Origin: Nitrospirales bacterium
Lineage (GTDB): Bacteria; Nitrospirota; Nitrospiria; Nitrospirales; UBA8639
Reading direction: 5' to 3'
Length of the DNA: 64,000 nt
Assembly (NCBI GenBank): GCA_963555755.3
Contig: OY820905.2
Location: forward strand, 1,472,001 to 1,536,000
Below, piece after piece: positions 40,021 through 50,991 of the stretch. Position numbers and translations under genes: made by a program. How positions within the stretch are numbered: the stretch's first letter is position 1; each line of letters begins with the position of its first letter. The notes below the pieces were generated by a model. That model searched no databases and was not told where the DNA came from. It worked only from the letters and a program-made list of their open reading frames with translations.

Positions 40021-40350
40021 TCATGAGACAGGACTTCGAGAACGGCTCCTGTTGGAGCGTGGAGGTCTGGAAGGTTTTCCTGGTTGAGGGAACTCAGCTT
40101 TTTCCCCTAACCACACTTTGATCAAAGACTGGTAGGGGACATCACGCCGATTGGCCTCGACTTTAATCTTTTCCAGCAACGAAAGTGGGAGGCGTAAAGA
40201 AATGGCTTGAGTGGATGGCTTGACGTTAGGAAATCGTACCTGTTTCGCCTGCGCCCAATTAACATATTCCGTGGAATCGTGGGTTTCCCAGAATATCTGT
40301 TCCGCAGCTTCAGTTTTAAACGTTGGAAGGGTTTTGAGTTTTTTCTTCAT
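40021..40350 (-). CDS. BrnA/CopG-like antitoxin
   Basis: FKTEAAEQIFWETHDSTEY, ISLRLP..LLEKIK.EA...DVPYQSLIK; overlaps the toxin. Confidence 0.85.
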   Translation of the reverse strand: MKKKLKTLPTFKTEAAEQIFWETHDSTEYVNWAQAKQVRFPNVKPSTQAISLRLPLSLLEKIKVEANRRDVPYQSLIKVWLGEKAEFPQPGKPSRPPRSNRSRSRSPVS

Positions 40351-40636
40351 AGATTCGCAGTTCCTTTCGATGCATCCCTCGGGCCGAGATGACACGTATT
40401 TTCCGTCCTCCAAATCTCAAGGTGAACGTGATATGGAGCATCCGGTCTGCATTGGTTTTACCTAAAAGGTGAAAACGTGACTCAAGCTGACTATGCCTCA
40501 GGTCCGGTGCAAGGACGACTGGTGCATTAAAAAAAACTTGTTCGGCTTCAACTTGGGTCACCCCATGCTTATGGTTGCTTTTTCGTGCATTCCCTTCATC
40601 CCAATCAAACCCGTCGATGGCGTGAAAGTCGATCAC
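40316..40636 (-). CDS. brnT: BrnT-family toxin
   Basis: FDWDEGN..KS..KHGV...EAEQVF, IRVISAR. Confidence 0.9.
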   Translation of the reverse strand: MIDFHAIDGFDWDEGNARKSNHKHGVTQVEAEQVFFNAPVVLAPDLRHSQLESRFHLLGKTNADRMLHITFTLRFGGRKIRVISARGMHRKELRIYEEKTQNPSNV

Positions 40637-40773
40637 TTTTGTATATTCTCATAATATACATTTACCAGCAATGGTTAATTCTTTGAGAAAATAGAATATT
40701 GGGACTCATTGTGTTTGGAAGCCTTTTGGTTGATGATTTGTAGCGGGGTTTCGTCCCCCGCATAAAAATAAAC

Positions 40774-41148
40774 CTAACCCCCAAACACTGTCAGCTCCGA
40801 AACGATACGGAAATGTTTTTTATTCCGGGTCACGAGGGGAAGGTGTTTTACCAACGCGGTTGCTGCAATGAAGGCATCAGCTTTTCCCAGAGAGGGGTAT
40901 TGTCGTCGAAGTTCAGAAAATCGGACAGTAATCTTTTCCGACAATGGAATCATACGCCAACGGCTCAATTCGAGGAGAATGGCTTCCCGTTCCCGCTCAC
41001 GCAAGCCGGACTTTGCCAAGAGTTCTTTTTTGGTCATCACCGAATAATAGACAACATGATTCGGTGCATCGAATAATTCGGTAAATTGGCCGGAATTGAG
41101 ATAATCAATAACGACGTCGGTATCTACGAGGAAGGAGACTTTTGCCAT
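40774..41148 (-). CDS. vapC: VapC PIN-domain toxin
   Basis: LVDTDVVIDYL, DAFIAATA, LVTRNKKHF. Confidence 0.9.
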   Translation of the reverse strand: MAKVSFLVDTDVVIDYLNSGQFTELFDAPNHVVYYSVMTKKELLAKSGLREREREAILLELSRWRMIPLSEKITVRFSELRRQYPSLGKADAFIAATALVKHLPLVTRNKKHFRIVSELTVFGG

Positions 41149-41393
41149 ACACGAAGTTCCGCCAGAAACTCCTCATCTGATTGCCCTCGAGCCTGCTTTC
41201 GTAGGGCAGCCACGTAGGCCCGACTGTCCTTCACCTCAGTATGACCATAGGGATTAAAGCGTTCACGGACAAGATCTTCTAACAACGTGACGGGATACAC
41301 GCCTTTCCGCTTTGCCGCCTGAGTGACCAAGCGTTTCAGAGTCGGGTCAAACGATAACGTCCACTTTTCTTTGCGCACACTGGTTTTGGCCAT
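41124..41393 (-). CDS. Putative ribbon-helix-helix antitoxin
   Basis: Small ORF upstream of and overlapping vapC; KWTLSFDP.LK beta-helix pattern. Confidence 0.7.
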   Translation of the reverse strand: MAKTSVRKEKWTLSFDPTLKRLVTQAAKRKGVYPVTLLEDLVRERFNPYGHTEVKDSRAYVAALRKQARGQSDEEFLAELRVWQKSPSS

Positions 41394-41479
41394 GACTACT
41401 GTCCTTTCACGGTGCTTCAATGATACGTATCTTAGACGTATTCATAGCGAGGGTCAATGGAATCTCTTCTCATGCAGGA

Positions 41480-42010
41480 TGTCCCACGCGTTGGGCGCGG
41501 CGGAGCCCCAAGATCGAGACAGAAAATGAAGGAGCAACCTTACATAACCATCGATTGTCATTTCGAGCGAAACAAGAAATCTCCCCCCATTGTCGTACAA
41601 GAGATTTCTCCCAAAGGTCGAAATGACAAATTGTTTTTTTTGACGACAGCTCTCTTTCATTTCCTTTCCCTGAACCCCTGCGTTGGGCGCGGCGGAGCCT
41701 CCGTCCCGAATCGGCCTCTCGGCGAGGGTTGTTTGAGCAGAGCGAGTTCCCTCGCCATCTTATTCGGGGCGGAGGCGGAGGCATCCCGGAGAGCCTGCTT
41801 CTGAGCAGGCTCGGAGGGACCGCGCACAGGCAAAAATGGTTTTGGTTCCTTTTGCCAAAACAAAAGGGACTCGTCGCGCGGGGACGAAACCCCGCAAGCT
41901 CAATTGATTTCTCAACAACAATAAAAATCCCCACAGCAAATGAGCAGAATATTCAGCGATACATAATAATTTTAAAAAATCCCCCTATCCCCCTTTTCCA
42001 AAGGGGGAAC
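41480..42010. repeat. Cluster of REP/MITE-like palindromic elements
   Basis: GTCATTTCGAGCG...AAATCT / AGATTTCTC...GAAATGAC pair, duplicated GCGTTGGGCGCGGCGGAGCC, similarity to 39910-40020, and a solo AATCCCCCTATCCCCCTTTTCCAAAGGGGG. Confidence 0.65.
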
Positions 42011-42085
42011 CTGAGGGAGAAACCCCTGGCAAGTTCAACTTTCCTTCTTCCGTGCCATTCCTGAACCTCTTCACCTCTTCCCTTC

Positions 42086-42103
42086 CATTAGAACATTCTA
42101 ATG
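42086..42103. promoter_or_regulatory. Palindromic operator candidate upstream of the degP-sigma pair
   Basis: CATTAGAA-CA-TTCTAATG, ~90 bp before the ATG. Confidence 0.35.
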
Positions 42104-42192
42104 CAGGCTTAATCTTTCTCTCATGTCTCAATGGTACAACAGTATCAACGCACGGATGATCCCTTTGTAAGATTTTTTAAAGGAGGCAATAC

Positions 42193-43740
42193 ATGAAAGA
42201 CCTTTCGCAATCCACCCCCTCTCATTCACAACCTTCGCGCGGAAACCGTCGATGGCCTTCTGCCCGAACAACCGTGAGCCTGACGCTCGCCGGACTCTTC
42301 ATAGGATCTTTGATCCTCGGCTCAATGGATTCCCCAACACCGTCCGTCGCAGCCGTTCCAACGACATCAATAGAATCATCCACGTCACACCTGACCAATC
42401 AGCACCTTGGCTTTGCGAACATTGTGAAAGCCGTTCGTCCGGCAGTGGTGAATATCACCTCAACAAAAGTCATGACCAAGTGGCAATCTCCTCGATCGCA
42501 CAATGATGGTCCAGAATGGTTTGGCCCTGGCCCAAGAGGCCAAGATTTCTGGGAGATGCCTCCTATGCCTAGGCTTCCACGCCAACCATTCCGTGGAGGA
42601 GGCATGGGATCGGGGGTGATCGTTTCTCCCGACGGATACATCCTGACGAATCATCACGTGGTGGATGGTGCGGACAAGGTCACCGTCACACTCATCGACA
42701 AACGTGAGTTCATTGGTACCCTCGTTGGAAGTGATCCGCAGACCGATTTGGCCGTGATCAAGATTTCCGGCAAAGACTTGCCCTTTGTCCCGTGGGGCGA
42801 TTCCTCAAAACTGGAAGTCGGAGAATATGTACTGGCCATTGGCAACCCCTTTGGCTTGAATTCCACGGTGACTCAGGGAATCGTGAGCGCGCTTGGCCGT
42901 GCCGGGATGGGCATCACCCAGTATGAAGATTTCATCCAAACCGATGCCGCCATTAATCCGGGAAATTCCGGTGGTGCGTTGGTCAACATGCGAGGAGAGT
43001 TGGTGGGAATTAACACAGCTATTCTCTCAAGAACGGGCGGATATCAAGGCGTAGGCTTCGCCATTCCCACCAGCATGGGGAAACACGTGTATGACAGCGT
43101 GGTCAAAACGGGAACCGTGAGTCGAGGGTTTTTGGGTGTCGGCATTCAGGAAGTGTCTAAAGACCTCGCCACATCATTGGATTTGCCGAACGCCTCGGGT
43201 GCACTGGTCACGAATGTTCATGAAGGCAGTCCTGCCGATCATGCCGGCCTCGTGCGCGGCGATACGATTGTGACCTACGAAGGACAGCCTATTGCCGACC
43301 CTCGTGCCTTGCAACGCGCCGTGACCAGAACAACCGTCGGACGCTCTATCGAGATGACGGTCATCCGTAATGGAACATCCATCACGCTCAACACGACTCT
43401 CGTGGAACATCCTGACACCAAAAAGGTTGCCCGAATGAATACTCCATCGGAAACCACACAGCTCGCGGGATTAACCGTTGAGGAAATCACCCCGCAAATG
43501 GCTCGCCGTCTCCAGCTCACGACACAGACCAATGGTGTTGTCGTCACGGCTGTTCAACCCGGCAGCCATGCGGACAGTGCTGGTTTACAACAAGGTGACG
43601 TGATTAGTGAAGTGAACAGAACACCGGTTCGGACCATGAAGGACTATCACTCAGTGGTCGCCCATTTACCTCATGAACGCCTAGCCCTCTTGTTTGTTCA
43701 TCGGCAAGGCGTTCCGATTTTCATGACCGTGAAAGTGTAA
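42193..43740 (+). CDS. DegP/DegQ (Do) serine endoprotease with two PDZ domains
   Basis: [43 protein letters not shown]. Confidence 0.93.
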   Translation: MKDLSQSTPSHSQPSRGNRRWPSARTTVSLTLAGLFIGSLILGSMDSPTPSVAAVPTTSIESSTSHLTNQHLGFANIVKAVRPAVVNITSTKVMTKWQSPRSHNDGPEWFGPGPRGQDFWEMPPMPRLPRQPFRGGGMGSGVIVSPDGYILTNHHVVDGADKVTVTLIDKREFIGTLVGSDPQTDLAVIKISGKDLPFVPWGDSSKLEVGEYVLAIGNPFGLNSTVTQGIVSALGRAGMGITQYEDFIQTDAAINPGNSGGALVNMRGELVGINTAILSRTGGYQGVGFAIPTSMGKHVYDSVVKTGTVSRGFLGVGIQEVSKDLATSLDLPNASGALVTNVHEGSPADHAGLVRGDTIVTYEGQPIADPRALQRAVTRTTVGRSIEMTVIRNGTSITLNTTLVEHPDTKKVARMNTPSETTQLAGLTVEEITPQMARRLQLTTQTNGVVVTAVQPGSHADSAGLQQGDVISEVNRTPVRTMKDYHSVVAHLPHERLALLFVHRQGVPIFMTVKV

Positions 43741-43808
43741 TCGAAAGCGAAGACCACCGTTCCAGAAATGCCTCACTTCGATGGCTCAAAGCGGAAAGGA
43801 CGCCGATC

Positions 43809-45044
43809 ATGACCATGCAAGTCGTAAAACAGACTGACCCGAATGCGACACGAAACGCTGACGCACGATCAACACGCTCCAAGGCAACTCGCTACTTGAA
43901 TGAAATGACGCCCACACTCGACACGATGATCGAAGAACAGGGAGAAGAATCCAAAAAAGAACCCAACACGGTGGCATTGGAAACCGTGTACTTTCGGACA
44001 TTCCGAACCCGCCCACTGTTAGATCGTGAACACGAGTTGCGACTGGCAACAGAGATCGACGACAGCAGTCAATGTATTCGGGCGGCCTTAACCCAGGCGA
44101 TTCAACTCATGAAGCATCTGGCTAATAAACCTCACTTTCAACCATCCATTCATTCGCTGACTGACACTCGCGAATTGAGCGGCTTCTCTGCGCCATCGCT
44201 GGATAACGCACACCACACGCTTGCGGGATTGATGACCGCCTTATCCGGTTCAGGTCCTAAAGCCTTAGCCCTTAAAAACCGTCTCAGGACAATCCAACAA
44301 CAGATTGCCCGTGCCCGGGGTAAACTTGAACGAGCCAAAGACGGATTGGTCCAACGCAACCTTCGTCTGGTGGTGGATTTGGCGAAACGCTTTACCAGTC
44401 GGGGACTTGGGCTGTTAGACCTGATTCAGGAAGGCAACGTCGGACTCATGCGTGCTGCCGAGCGTTTTCAATATCAAAAGGGCTTTAAGTTCAGCACCTA
44501 TGCCACATGGTGGGTTCGACAGGGAATCCTCCGAGCCATCGCGGATCAATCGCGAACGATTCGAGTTCCCGTCCATACGACGGAAGCGTGGCAACGCATG
44601 ACGAAAACGTCTCGTCGGTTGGCGCAACAATTAGGCCGAGATCCTAAACACGAAGAAATCGGCGAAGCCCTCGGCATTCAACCTGACCGGGTACAAGAAA
44701 CGATGCAGGCCTTTCTTGAGCCCGTATCATTTGATAACCCCACAGGAGACGACGAAACATTTTTAGGTGATTTTATACCAGACGAAACCCTGACGCCGCC
44801 AGATGAGAACATTCAGGAAGAGCAGGTAAAAACCCACCTCAATCGGGTCCTGTGCACGCTCACGCCACGAGAAGAGCAGATTATCCGAATGCGATTTGGG
44901 TTAGGCCAAGATCATTCGATGACCTTAGAGGAAGTTGGCAAGACGATGAACGTCACGCGTGAACGAATCAGACAAATCGAGGTCATTGCGCTCAAGAAAT
45001 TACGTGAGCCCGAGATGAAGGCACAATTAACGGGAATTTGTTAG
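43809..45044 (+). CDS. RpoD/SigA-like sigma-70 factor lacking region 1.1
   Basis: [22 protein letters not shown]...[25 protein letters not shown]...[10 protein letters not shown]. Confidence 0.92.
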   Translation: MTMQVVKQTDPNATRNADARSTRSKATRYLNEMTPTLDTMIEEQGEESKKEPNTVALETVYFRTFRTRPLLDREHELRLATEIDDSSQCIRAALTQAIQLMKHLANKPHFQPSIHSLTDTRELSGFSAPSLDNAHHTLAGLMTALSGSGPKALALKNRLRTIQQQIARARGKLERAKDGLVQRNLRLVVDLAKRFTSRGLGLLDLIQEGNVGLMRAAERFQYQKGFKFSTYATWWVRQGILRAIADQSRTIRVPVHTTEAWQRMTKTSRRLAQQLGRDPKHEEIGEALGIQPDRVQETMQAFLEPVSFDNPTGDDETFLGDFIPDETLTPPDENIQEEQVKTHLNRVLCTLTPREEQIIRMRFGLGQDHSMTLEEVGKTMNVTRERIRQIEVIALKKLREPEMKAQLTGIC

Positions 45045-47113
45045 GGTTCCACCAGATCCAACAAAAAGGTATACACGAAAGCCAATTCTTTATAACGACG
45101 AAAACGTCCGGATGCCCCGCCATGGCCCGCATCCATGTTGGTTTTAAGCAAGAGACGATTGCCATTGGTCTTCATTGTTCGAAGCTTGGCCACCCATTTT
45201 GCAGGTTCCCAATACTGCACCTGCGAATCATGAAGGCCTGTCGTGACAAGAAGGTGCGGGTACGCCTTAGCTTGAACATTGTCATACGGTGAGTAAGACA
45301 TGATGTATTCGTACGATTCCTTGTGGTTGGGGTCTCCCCACTCGTCATACTCACCTGTGGTCAAGGGGATATTCGGATCGAGCATCGTTGTGATGACATC
45401 AACGAATGGCACTTGCGCCACCGCGCCATTAAAAAGATCAGGCCGCATATTCACGATAGCCCCCATCAATAATCCACCAGCACTCCCGCCCATCGCAAAC
45501 AACTTCTCAGGCTTGGTATAGCCCTGAGCAATTACATGTTCAGCACAGGCAATGAAGTCCGTAAACGTATTTTTCTTATGAAGGAGTTTCCCCTCTTCAT
45601 ACCAATGCCGACCGAGTTCTTCCCCACCACGAATATGGGCAATCGCAAACACAAACCCACGGTCGAGTAAACTGAGCCGAGGGGAGCTGAAATTCGCATC
45701 CATGCAGGCCCCGTACGATCCATAGCCATACAACAACAACGGGTTATTGCCATCTTTATTGCATCCCTTCTGATACACCAATGAAATCGGGACCTGAACA
45801 CCATCGGTCGCCGTGGCCCATACTCGCTCCGTGCAATACTTTTCCCGATCAAATCCCCCCAGTACCTCTTCCTGTTTGAGCAACACCTTTTCTCGCGTCT
45901 CCATATTGTAGTCAAACACAGAATTGGGAGTGGTCATCGAGGTATACCCAAACCGAAGGAGCGGCGTATTAAAATCAGGGTTTTCCCCGATGCCCGCTAA
46001 ATACGTCGGCTCGCCAAAGTCCAAATAATGTTCGCCGTCGCCAGACCAGGGAATGACCCGAAGATTGGTGAGACCGTGTTTTCGTTCCTCCAGCACCAAG
46101 TAATCGCGAAACAATTCGAAGGATTCCAGCAGCACATCATCACGATGGGGAATCACCTCCTGCCAATGAGCCTGATCAGTCTGTTCGACTGATGTTTTCA
46201 TAAGCCGAAAGTTCTTGGCTTGCCAATTGGTAAGGATATAAAACGAATCCTGATCATGCTCCACATCGTATTCATGATTCCGAGCCCGAGGTACAAACAC
46301 CGTGAACTCCTCAGTTGGGTGATCAGCCCCGATATAACGATATTCACTACTGACCGTTTGCTGCGAGGCAATCATGACATACCGTTTGGACTTGGTCTTA
46401 AACACCGCGGTTGAGAAGGTTTCATCTTTTTCTTCATACACGATCGCATCATTCGAAGGATCGTCACCAAGGGCATGACGGCAAATCTGATGAGACCGAA
46501 GAGTGGCCGGATCTTGTTTGCTATAGAAGAGCGTTTGATTATCATTGGCCCACGCCATGTTGCCGGTGACTCCCGTCATCGAGTCAGCCAACAATTCGCC
46601 TGTATCCAGATTTTTATAATGAATGGTATAAATGCGCCGACCTTGGGTATCACTCGCGTACGCTAACAGGTTTTGATTAAAACTAACCGCCATTCCGCCA
46701 ATGGCAAAATATTCATGCCCTTCTGCGAGAACATTGGCATCCAGCATGATCTGCTCATCCGCATCGAGGGATTCTTTCTTTCGACAAAAAATGGGATATT
46801 CTTTTCCCTCCTCAAACCGCGTGTAGTAGAAGTAATCATCGAGTTTATACGGAACCGATAAATCGGTTTGCTTAATTCGCCCTTTGATTTCCTCAAACAA
46901 ATCATGCTCCAACTGCTTCCGATGCGACATCACGGCTTCCGTATAGTCATTCTCCGCCGTCAGATAGGCAATGACATCAGGATTCTCCCGATCATTCAAC
47001 CAATAATAGGGGTCGATTCGCGTGTGGCCATGTTTTTCCAATGTCACGGGATTCGGTTGGGCAATGGGGGGAATGATCGATGAAGGTACTTCCTGCTTCT
47101 GGGCTATGGACAC
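45041..47113 (-). CDS. ptrB: Oligopeptidase B (S9A)
   Basis: [37 protein letters not shown] 47113 has AAGGAG, while the track start lies inside a MITE. Confidence 0.93.
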   Translation of the reverse strand: MSIAQKQEVPSSIIPPIAQPNPVTLEKHGHTRIDPYYWLNDRENPDVIAYLTAENDYTEAVMSHRKQLEHDLFEEIKGRIKQTDLSVPYKLDDYFYYTRFEEGKEYPIFCRKKESLDADEQIMLDANVLAEGHEYFAIGGMAVSFNQNLLAYASDTQGRRIYTIHYKNLDTGELLADSMTGVTGNMAWANDNQTLFYSKQDPATLRSHQICRHALGDDPSNDAIVYEEKDETFSTAVFKTKSKRYVMIASQQTVSSEYRYIGADHPTEEFTVFVPRARNHEYDVEHDQDSFYILTNWQAKNFRLMKTSVEQTDQAHWQEVIPHRDDVLLESFELFRDYLVLEERKHGLTNLRVIPWSGDGEHYLDFGEPTYLAGIGENPDFNTPLLRFGYTSMTTPNSVFDYNMETREKVLLKQEEVLGGFDREKYCTERVWATATDGVQVPISLVYQKGCNKDGNNPLLLYGYGSYGACMDANFSSPRLSLLDRGFVFAIAHIRGGEELGRHWYEEGKLLHKKNTFTDFIACAEHVIAQGYTKPEKLFAMGGSAGGLLMGAIVNMRPDLFNGAVAQVPFVDVITTMLDPNIPLTTGEYDEWGDPNHKESYEYIMSYSPYDNVQAKAYPHLLVTTGLHDSQVQYWEPAKWVAKLRTMKTNGNRLLLKTNMDAGHGGASGRFRRYKELAFVYTFLLDLVEP

Positions 47114-47142
47114 AGAGCACTCCTTTGTTCGATTTCCTGAGA

Positions 47143-47263
47143 GGGGTTGTTGCAAAAGGCCGCCAGCGGCGTTCTCGGGGCTTTGTCGCCCTCACGTACT
47201 TCATGTACGCTGCGGGCACCAAATCCCCTGCGGCCTTGCTGGACAGCCTTTTTCAACAGCCCC
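47143..47263. mobile_element. MITE family A copy, reverse orientation
   Basis: Reverse complement similar to 24300-24421; ends GGGGTTGTTG / CAACAGCCCC. Confidence 0.8.
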
Positions 47264-47278
47264 AGTGATATGACTTGT

Positions 47279-47704
47279 TTAGTCTTCAAGGCTGCCTGGT
47301 TTTCGCCGTACCCTCTTGAGGCCACCACGTTGTTTTTTTTGATCCAACCGACGTTCGATGACACCATGAGGCACATGCGTTTTCTTTCGAATTTTTGCCG
47401 GCTGTAACGCACTGCTCAAAAGAGTTGAAAAACGTTCTAGAAGCACGACTCGGTTGGCTGCTTGGCTTCTGGTACCCTGGGCATGAAGATACAACACCCC
47501 GTCTTTGGTGATCCGGGTTTTGAGTTGTGTGGCAATTTTCGTCTTCTGGCTATGAGTCAAATATTTCGAGGACCACACGGGAAAATGAAGCGTGACCCGT
47601 GTATTGACCTTGTTCACATTCTGTCCACCAGGGCCACTACTACGAGAAGCCGTAATCTGAACTTCTTGGTTCGGAATCTCGAGCTGTGTGGTTATCACAA
47701 TCAT
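47279..47704 (-). CDS. arfB: Alternative ribosome-rescue factor ArfB
   Basis: RSSGPGGQNVNKV, RSQ..N, basic C-terminal tail. Confidence 0.93.
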   Translation of the reverse strand: MIVITTQLEIPNQEVQITASRSSGPGGQNVNKVNTRVTLHFPVWSSKYLTHSQKTKIATQLKTRITKDGVLYLHAQGTRSQAANRVVLLERFSTLLSSALQPAKIRKKTHVPHGVIERRLDQKKQRGGLKRVRRKPGSLED

Positions 47705-47941
47705 GGGACACCTTCATTCACCTACTCCTATCGGAAGGGCTCAATGGCAGGTTAACTTTCATTGCCGTTTTTGACAAGACGTTGTGACATAAAAGTCTTA
47801 CATCAAAAGGAGATGGGGGAAATAAAGAAACTCGGAGGTAGATGATTTCCACAAGGAATCGGGGGCGGGGGACTGATCCTTGGCAGATCAATCACCCACG
47901 CCCCGCGAAGGATAGTGTTGACACCATTTAACAACAACGTG

Positions 47942-48379
47942 TTACTTCGACTCAATCGGTATCAATTTGGGTTTAGCCTCTTCTTGTTTCGGCACCTTGA
48001 CGATCAAGACGCCTTTGTCGTAGATCGCCTTCGCCTCATTGGGTGTCACATACTTCGGCAAGTTAAAGCTTCTGCCAAAGGTTCCGTAATGGGCTTCCCG
48101 AAAATGATAGCCGTCCTTATTGTCTTCATGCTCAACCTTTCGTTCTCCATGAATTTCCAGGAGACGATCAGTTACCGAGATGTTCACATCCTTCATATCA
48201 ATTCCGGGCAATTGTGTCTCCAAATATAGGCTTTCTGTGTCTTCATAGACATTCACGGCCGGGGCCCAATTCACCGTTCGCTCGGTACGATCATCCCAGA
48301 GCGGCCGACGAAATGGCTGCGTGCCCCACCAGCCCAGGGTTTGTTCAATCTCTCTAAACGGATCCCATTTCACTAACAT
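47942..48379 (-). CDS. Hsp20 / alpha-crystallin small heat-shock protein
   Basis: WAPAVNVYE, LPG, GERK, YG.F.RSF.LP, GVL.V.VPK; AGGAGG RBS. Confidence 0.93.
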   Translation of the reverse strand: MLVKWDPFREIEQTLGWWGTQPFRRPLWDDRTERTVNWAPAVNVYEDTESLYLETQLPGIDMKDVNISVTDRLLEIHGERKVEHEDNKDGYHFREAHYGTFGRSFNLPKYVTPNEAKAIYDKGVLIVKVPKQEEAKPKLIPIESK

Positions 48380-48456
48380 AATACACCTCCTTTAATCACA
48401 GCTTGTGTGTGTGGTGTGGACTCTGATTATTTTTTTTGAGGCGCCTCTGTCAATTG

Positions 48457-48484
48457 AGATAAGTCGTGCATGGAAAAAGTCAAG
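48457..48484 (-). promoter_or_regulatory. RpoH-like heat-shock promoter candidate for hsp20
   Basis: Minus strand CTTG-N17-CTTATCT, similar to the CTTG-N17/18-CYTATNT RpoH consensus. Confidence 0.4.
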
Positions 48485-48602
48485 CCCTTCACTCAGTATC
48501 CCTCCAGAGAGGAGCTGGCTTGCCACTGTGGAAAAAGAATTTTTCCAGACAGGAAAAAAACAGTCTGCGGTTGAGAGTGGGGGGAAACGAGAACCCGAAA
48601 AA

Positions 48603-49031
48603 CTACGTGTTTTGAGACTTTCCTATCGGGTCTTGGTGAATGACATTGAAATCTTTGTGGGTAATGAAAAAGCCATTGGCATACAACCGAAACTCATATC
48701 GGCCAGGGCCTGGAAAAACCAGGGAAGGAATATTGATACCAAAGTCATGAATTTCTAAACGGTCCTTGATGGTAAAGGGCGACAAGGTGGCTTTCCCAAC
48801 GATGACATCCTGATCCAAATACGCCAACCGCAATTCAAACTCATAGACACCTTCTGCGTCGGTCAAACAAAAATAGATGCCCATTTGATGATGCTGGCAC
48901 GGAAACCGTGGCGCCCAGAGATGCGTAAATGTCCCGATGAGGCTTTTCTTCCCTGTCTGGCTATCAATAATCACACTGTCACAGACTAAAAACGCCTGAA
49001 CACTCGGTTTCACAATGTCTTGATCATCCAT
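48603..49031 (-). CDS. Conserved hypothetical beta-sandwich protein
   Basis: AFLVCD.VI.D..TGKKSLIGTF, FPGPGRYEF pattern. Confidence 0.75.
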   Translation of the reverse strand: MDDQDIVKPSVQAFLVCDSVIIDSQTGKKSLIGTFTHLWAPRFPCQHHQMGIYFCLTDAEGVYEFELRLAYLDQDVIVGKATLSPFTIKDRLEIHDFGINIPSLVFPGPGRYEFRLYANGFFITHKDFNVIHQDPIGKSQNT

Positions 49032-49096
49032 ACATTCTTCCTCAGCTTTCCAACATGGAACTATTGATTAAATCTTCCGTCCGCAACGGAGATTCG

Positions 49097-49435
49097 TCAC
49101 CGAAGAATCACACGAATAACGGACACCAGCAGCACATAGAGCGTCATAGCCACAGCAAACGACAGGGCAAACCCAAACCGGGGAACGCCAAACATCATGG
49201 TAAACACATATGCAAACCACGGCGGTGAGAGCCAAATCAGATTTTTCGAAAATGACACGGTTGGGCCCGTACCCGCATTGAGATAAATAAGAATGAAGGT
49301 CATCCCACTAATGACGGGCAAGGTACTTGCCAGGGCTGCGAAAAACCCTTTCCCATGTGAACCAAGATATGTAGAGACCGAAACCAGCGTGCCACCTAGT
49401 ACAAAATAGAGCACGTATTTTGTCAATTCATTCAT
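49097..49435 (-). CDS. Small four-TM membrane protein (GlpM/DUF3147-like)
   Basis: FVLGGTLVS, G..AALA.TLP; hydrophobic throughout. Confidence 0.65.
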   Translation of the reverse strand: MNELTKYVLYFVLGGTLVSVSTYLGSHGKGFFAALASTLPVISGMTFILIYLNAGTGPTVSFSKNLIWLSPPWFAYVFTMMFGVPRFGFALSFAVAMTLYVLLVSVIRVILR

Positions 49436-49474
49436 CGAAAATCTCAAGGACAATACTAACGAGAACCCTGTACC

Positions 49475-50128
49475 TTACATCAACGCAGCTTTGATACACG
49501 AATACAGTATCACGACTTCAACAGCATGCGCCACGATCACCGTATAAAGATTATGCGATCGAACGTAGAGCCAGCCCCAGATAAGACCATCCCACACCGC
49601 AATCCAATGCAGATGCTGAAAGGTCATGACCATGAAGGGATCACAAGCAAATACCAGAGCAGACGTGAAAACAGCAAGAATTGATACAAGGGAAAAGGAT
49701 CGATTTGGTTCAATACGTAACCATTGGCCAAACAGCACCTTTAATCGTCCAAGAAGAAACCCACGAAAATTGAGCTCCACACCAATGGCAATAGCCAAGA
49801 TTCCCCACGGGACCATCACCCAGGTGGGCATGTTGGCATGAGGCGTCTCTTTCAAAAACTCGATGTCTCCACCAACACTCGGCACAAGCCACAGAATGAC
49901 AAAGGTATTGAAACCGCCTAATAGCAGCCCGGTGACCACTCCCCATTTGATCCCGGTAAACATGCCATCGGGTTTCACCCCGAGTCGTTCCAGTGCACCT
50001 GGGTTGCACGTAAACCAAACCCCAAGTGCAAGGTACGCAGCCAATTGAGGGAAGAATTGAATAAGCCTATTTTGCTGTATGTCAATTGGAAGGAGATAAA
50101 AAAGGCCGGTGGCCAAGACAGGAATCAA
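49475..50128 (-). CDS. CPBP/Abi-family intramembrane metalloprotease-like protein
   Basis: VELNFRG (degenerate EExxFRG), ALVFA, late IVAHA; start uncertain. Confidence 0.7.
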   Translation of the reverse strand: MIPVLATGLFYLLPIDIQQNRLIQFFPQLAAYLALGVWFTCNPGALERLGVKPDGMFTGIKWGVVTGLLLGGFNTFVILWLVPSVGGDIEFLKETPHANMPTWVMVPWGILAIAIGVELNFRGFLLGRLKVLFGQWLRIEPNRSFSLVSILAVFTSALVFACDPFMVMTFQHLHWIAVWDGLIWGWLYVRSHNLYTVIVAHAVEVVILYSCIKAALM

Positions 50129-50260
50129 AGCCAGCCATGAGACCTGCTCTTCGTGATTTTTTATTTCCCCCTCCTTTGTAAGGAGGGGATAGGGGAGGTA
50201 GAGACTCGTGTTAGAAGATCATACATACCATTCATGAGTAGAAGCACCATACTTCGAAAA

Positions 50261-50376
50261 TCTACCCCACCTCACCTCCCCTTACAAAGGGGAGGAATCG
50301 GAAATTCATCGCACCTCAGCACATGGTTCGTACCCTGGTCCCCCTCCTTTGTAAGGAGGGGTTAGGGGAGGTAGAG
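50261..50376. repeat. 116-bp REP doublet (REPIN-like), copy 1
   Basis: TCTACCCCACCTCACCTCCCCTTACAAAGGGGAGG ... CCCTCCTTTGTAAGGAGGGGTTAGGGGAGGTAGAG; extra solo REP at ~50166-50203. Confidence 0.85.
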
Positions 50377-50378
50377 TC

Positions 50379-50747
50379 CTACAACAATTGCAAAAGTAAG
50401 TCTTCCAACACCCCGTCCAGATTGTTTAACAAATCATCATTATTGTAACGAATCACACGCAGCCCCAAGGATTGAAAATATCGTTCCCGCTCCTTGTCTT
50501 TTTTCTGAACACTCTTTTCTGCATGCACATCCCCATCAACCTCAATAACCAGACTTTTCTGTGGACAAAAGAAATCGACAATATACGGACCAATGCCATG
50601 TTGGCGACAAAATTTCAGATCCTGAAATTGTTTGGTGCGTAGTTTCGTCCATAGACGTGATTCCGCCGGAGTGAGATTGGCACGAAAATGCCGCTTGAGG
50701 GAGAGGCGGTTTGGTTGTCCTTGTCGGATTCGAGGTGGTTTGTCCAT
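50379..50747 (-). CDS. DUF559 (Vsr-like) endonuclease-domain protein
   Basis: TPAESRLW.KLR, RQHGIGPYIVDFFC, LVIEVDGDVH, G..VIRY.N. Confidence 0.92.
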   Translation of the reverse strand: MDKPPRIRQGQPNRLSLKRHFRANLTPAESRLWTKLRTKQFQDLKFCRQHGIGPYIVDFFCPQKSLVIEVDGDVHAEKSVQKKDKERERYFQSLGLRVIRYNNDDLLNNLDGVLEDLLLQLL

Positions 50748-50758
50748 GTCACCAAGAC

Positions 50759-50874
50759 TCTACCCCACCTAACCTCCCCTTACAAAGGGGAGGGATTAGA
50801 AACTTAGCTCACCTCAGCATCTTGTTCGAATCCTGGTCCCCTTCCTTTGTAAGGAGGGGTGAGGGGAGGTAGAG
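50759..50874. repeat. 116-bp REP doublet (REPIN-like), copy 2
   Basis: Direct repeat of 50261-50376 with a moderately diverged spacer. Confidence 0.85.
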
Positions 50875-50991
50875 ACTCGCGAGGGAAAACTACGCTCCAA
50901 TTCTTGGTAACAACCTCTAGCTCCGAGGCTCTAACTCTCCTTAAAAAGGAGATGAAAACAACCTACTAATTTTCTCAAAACGAAAAAAGAT

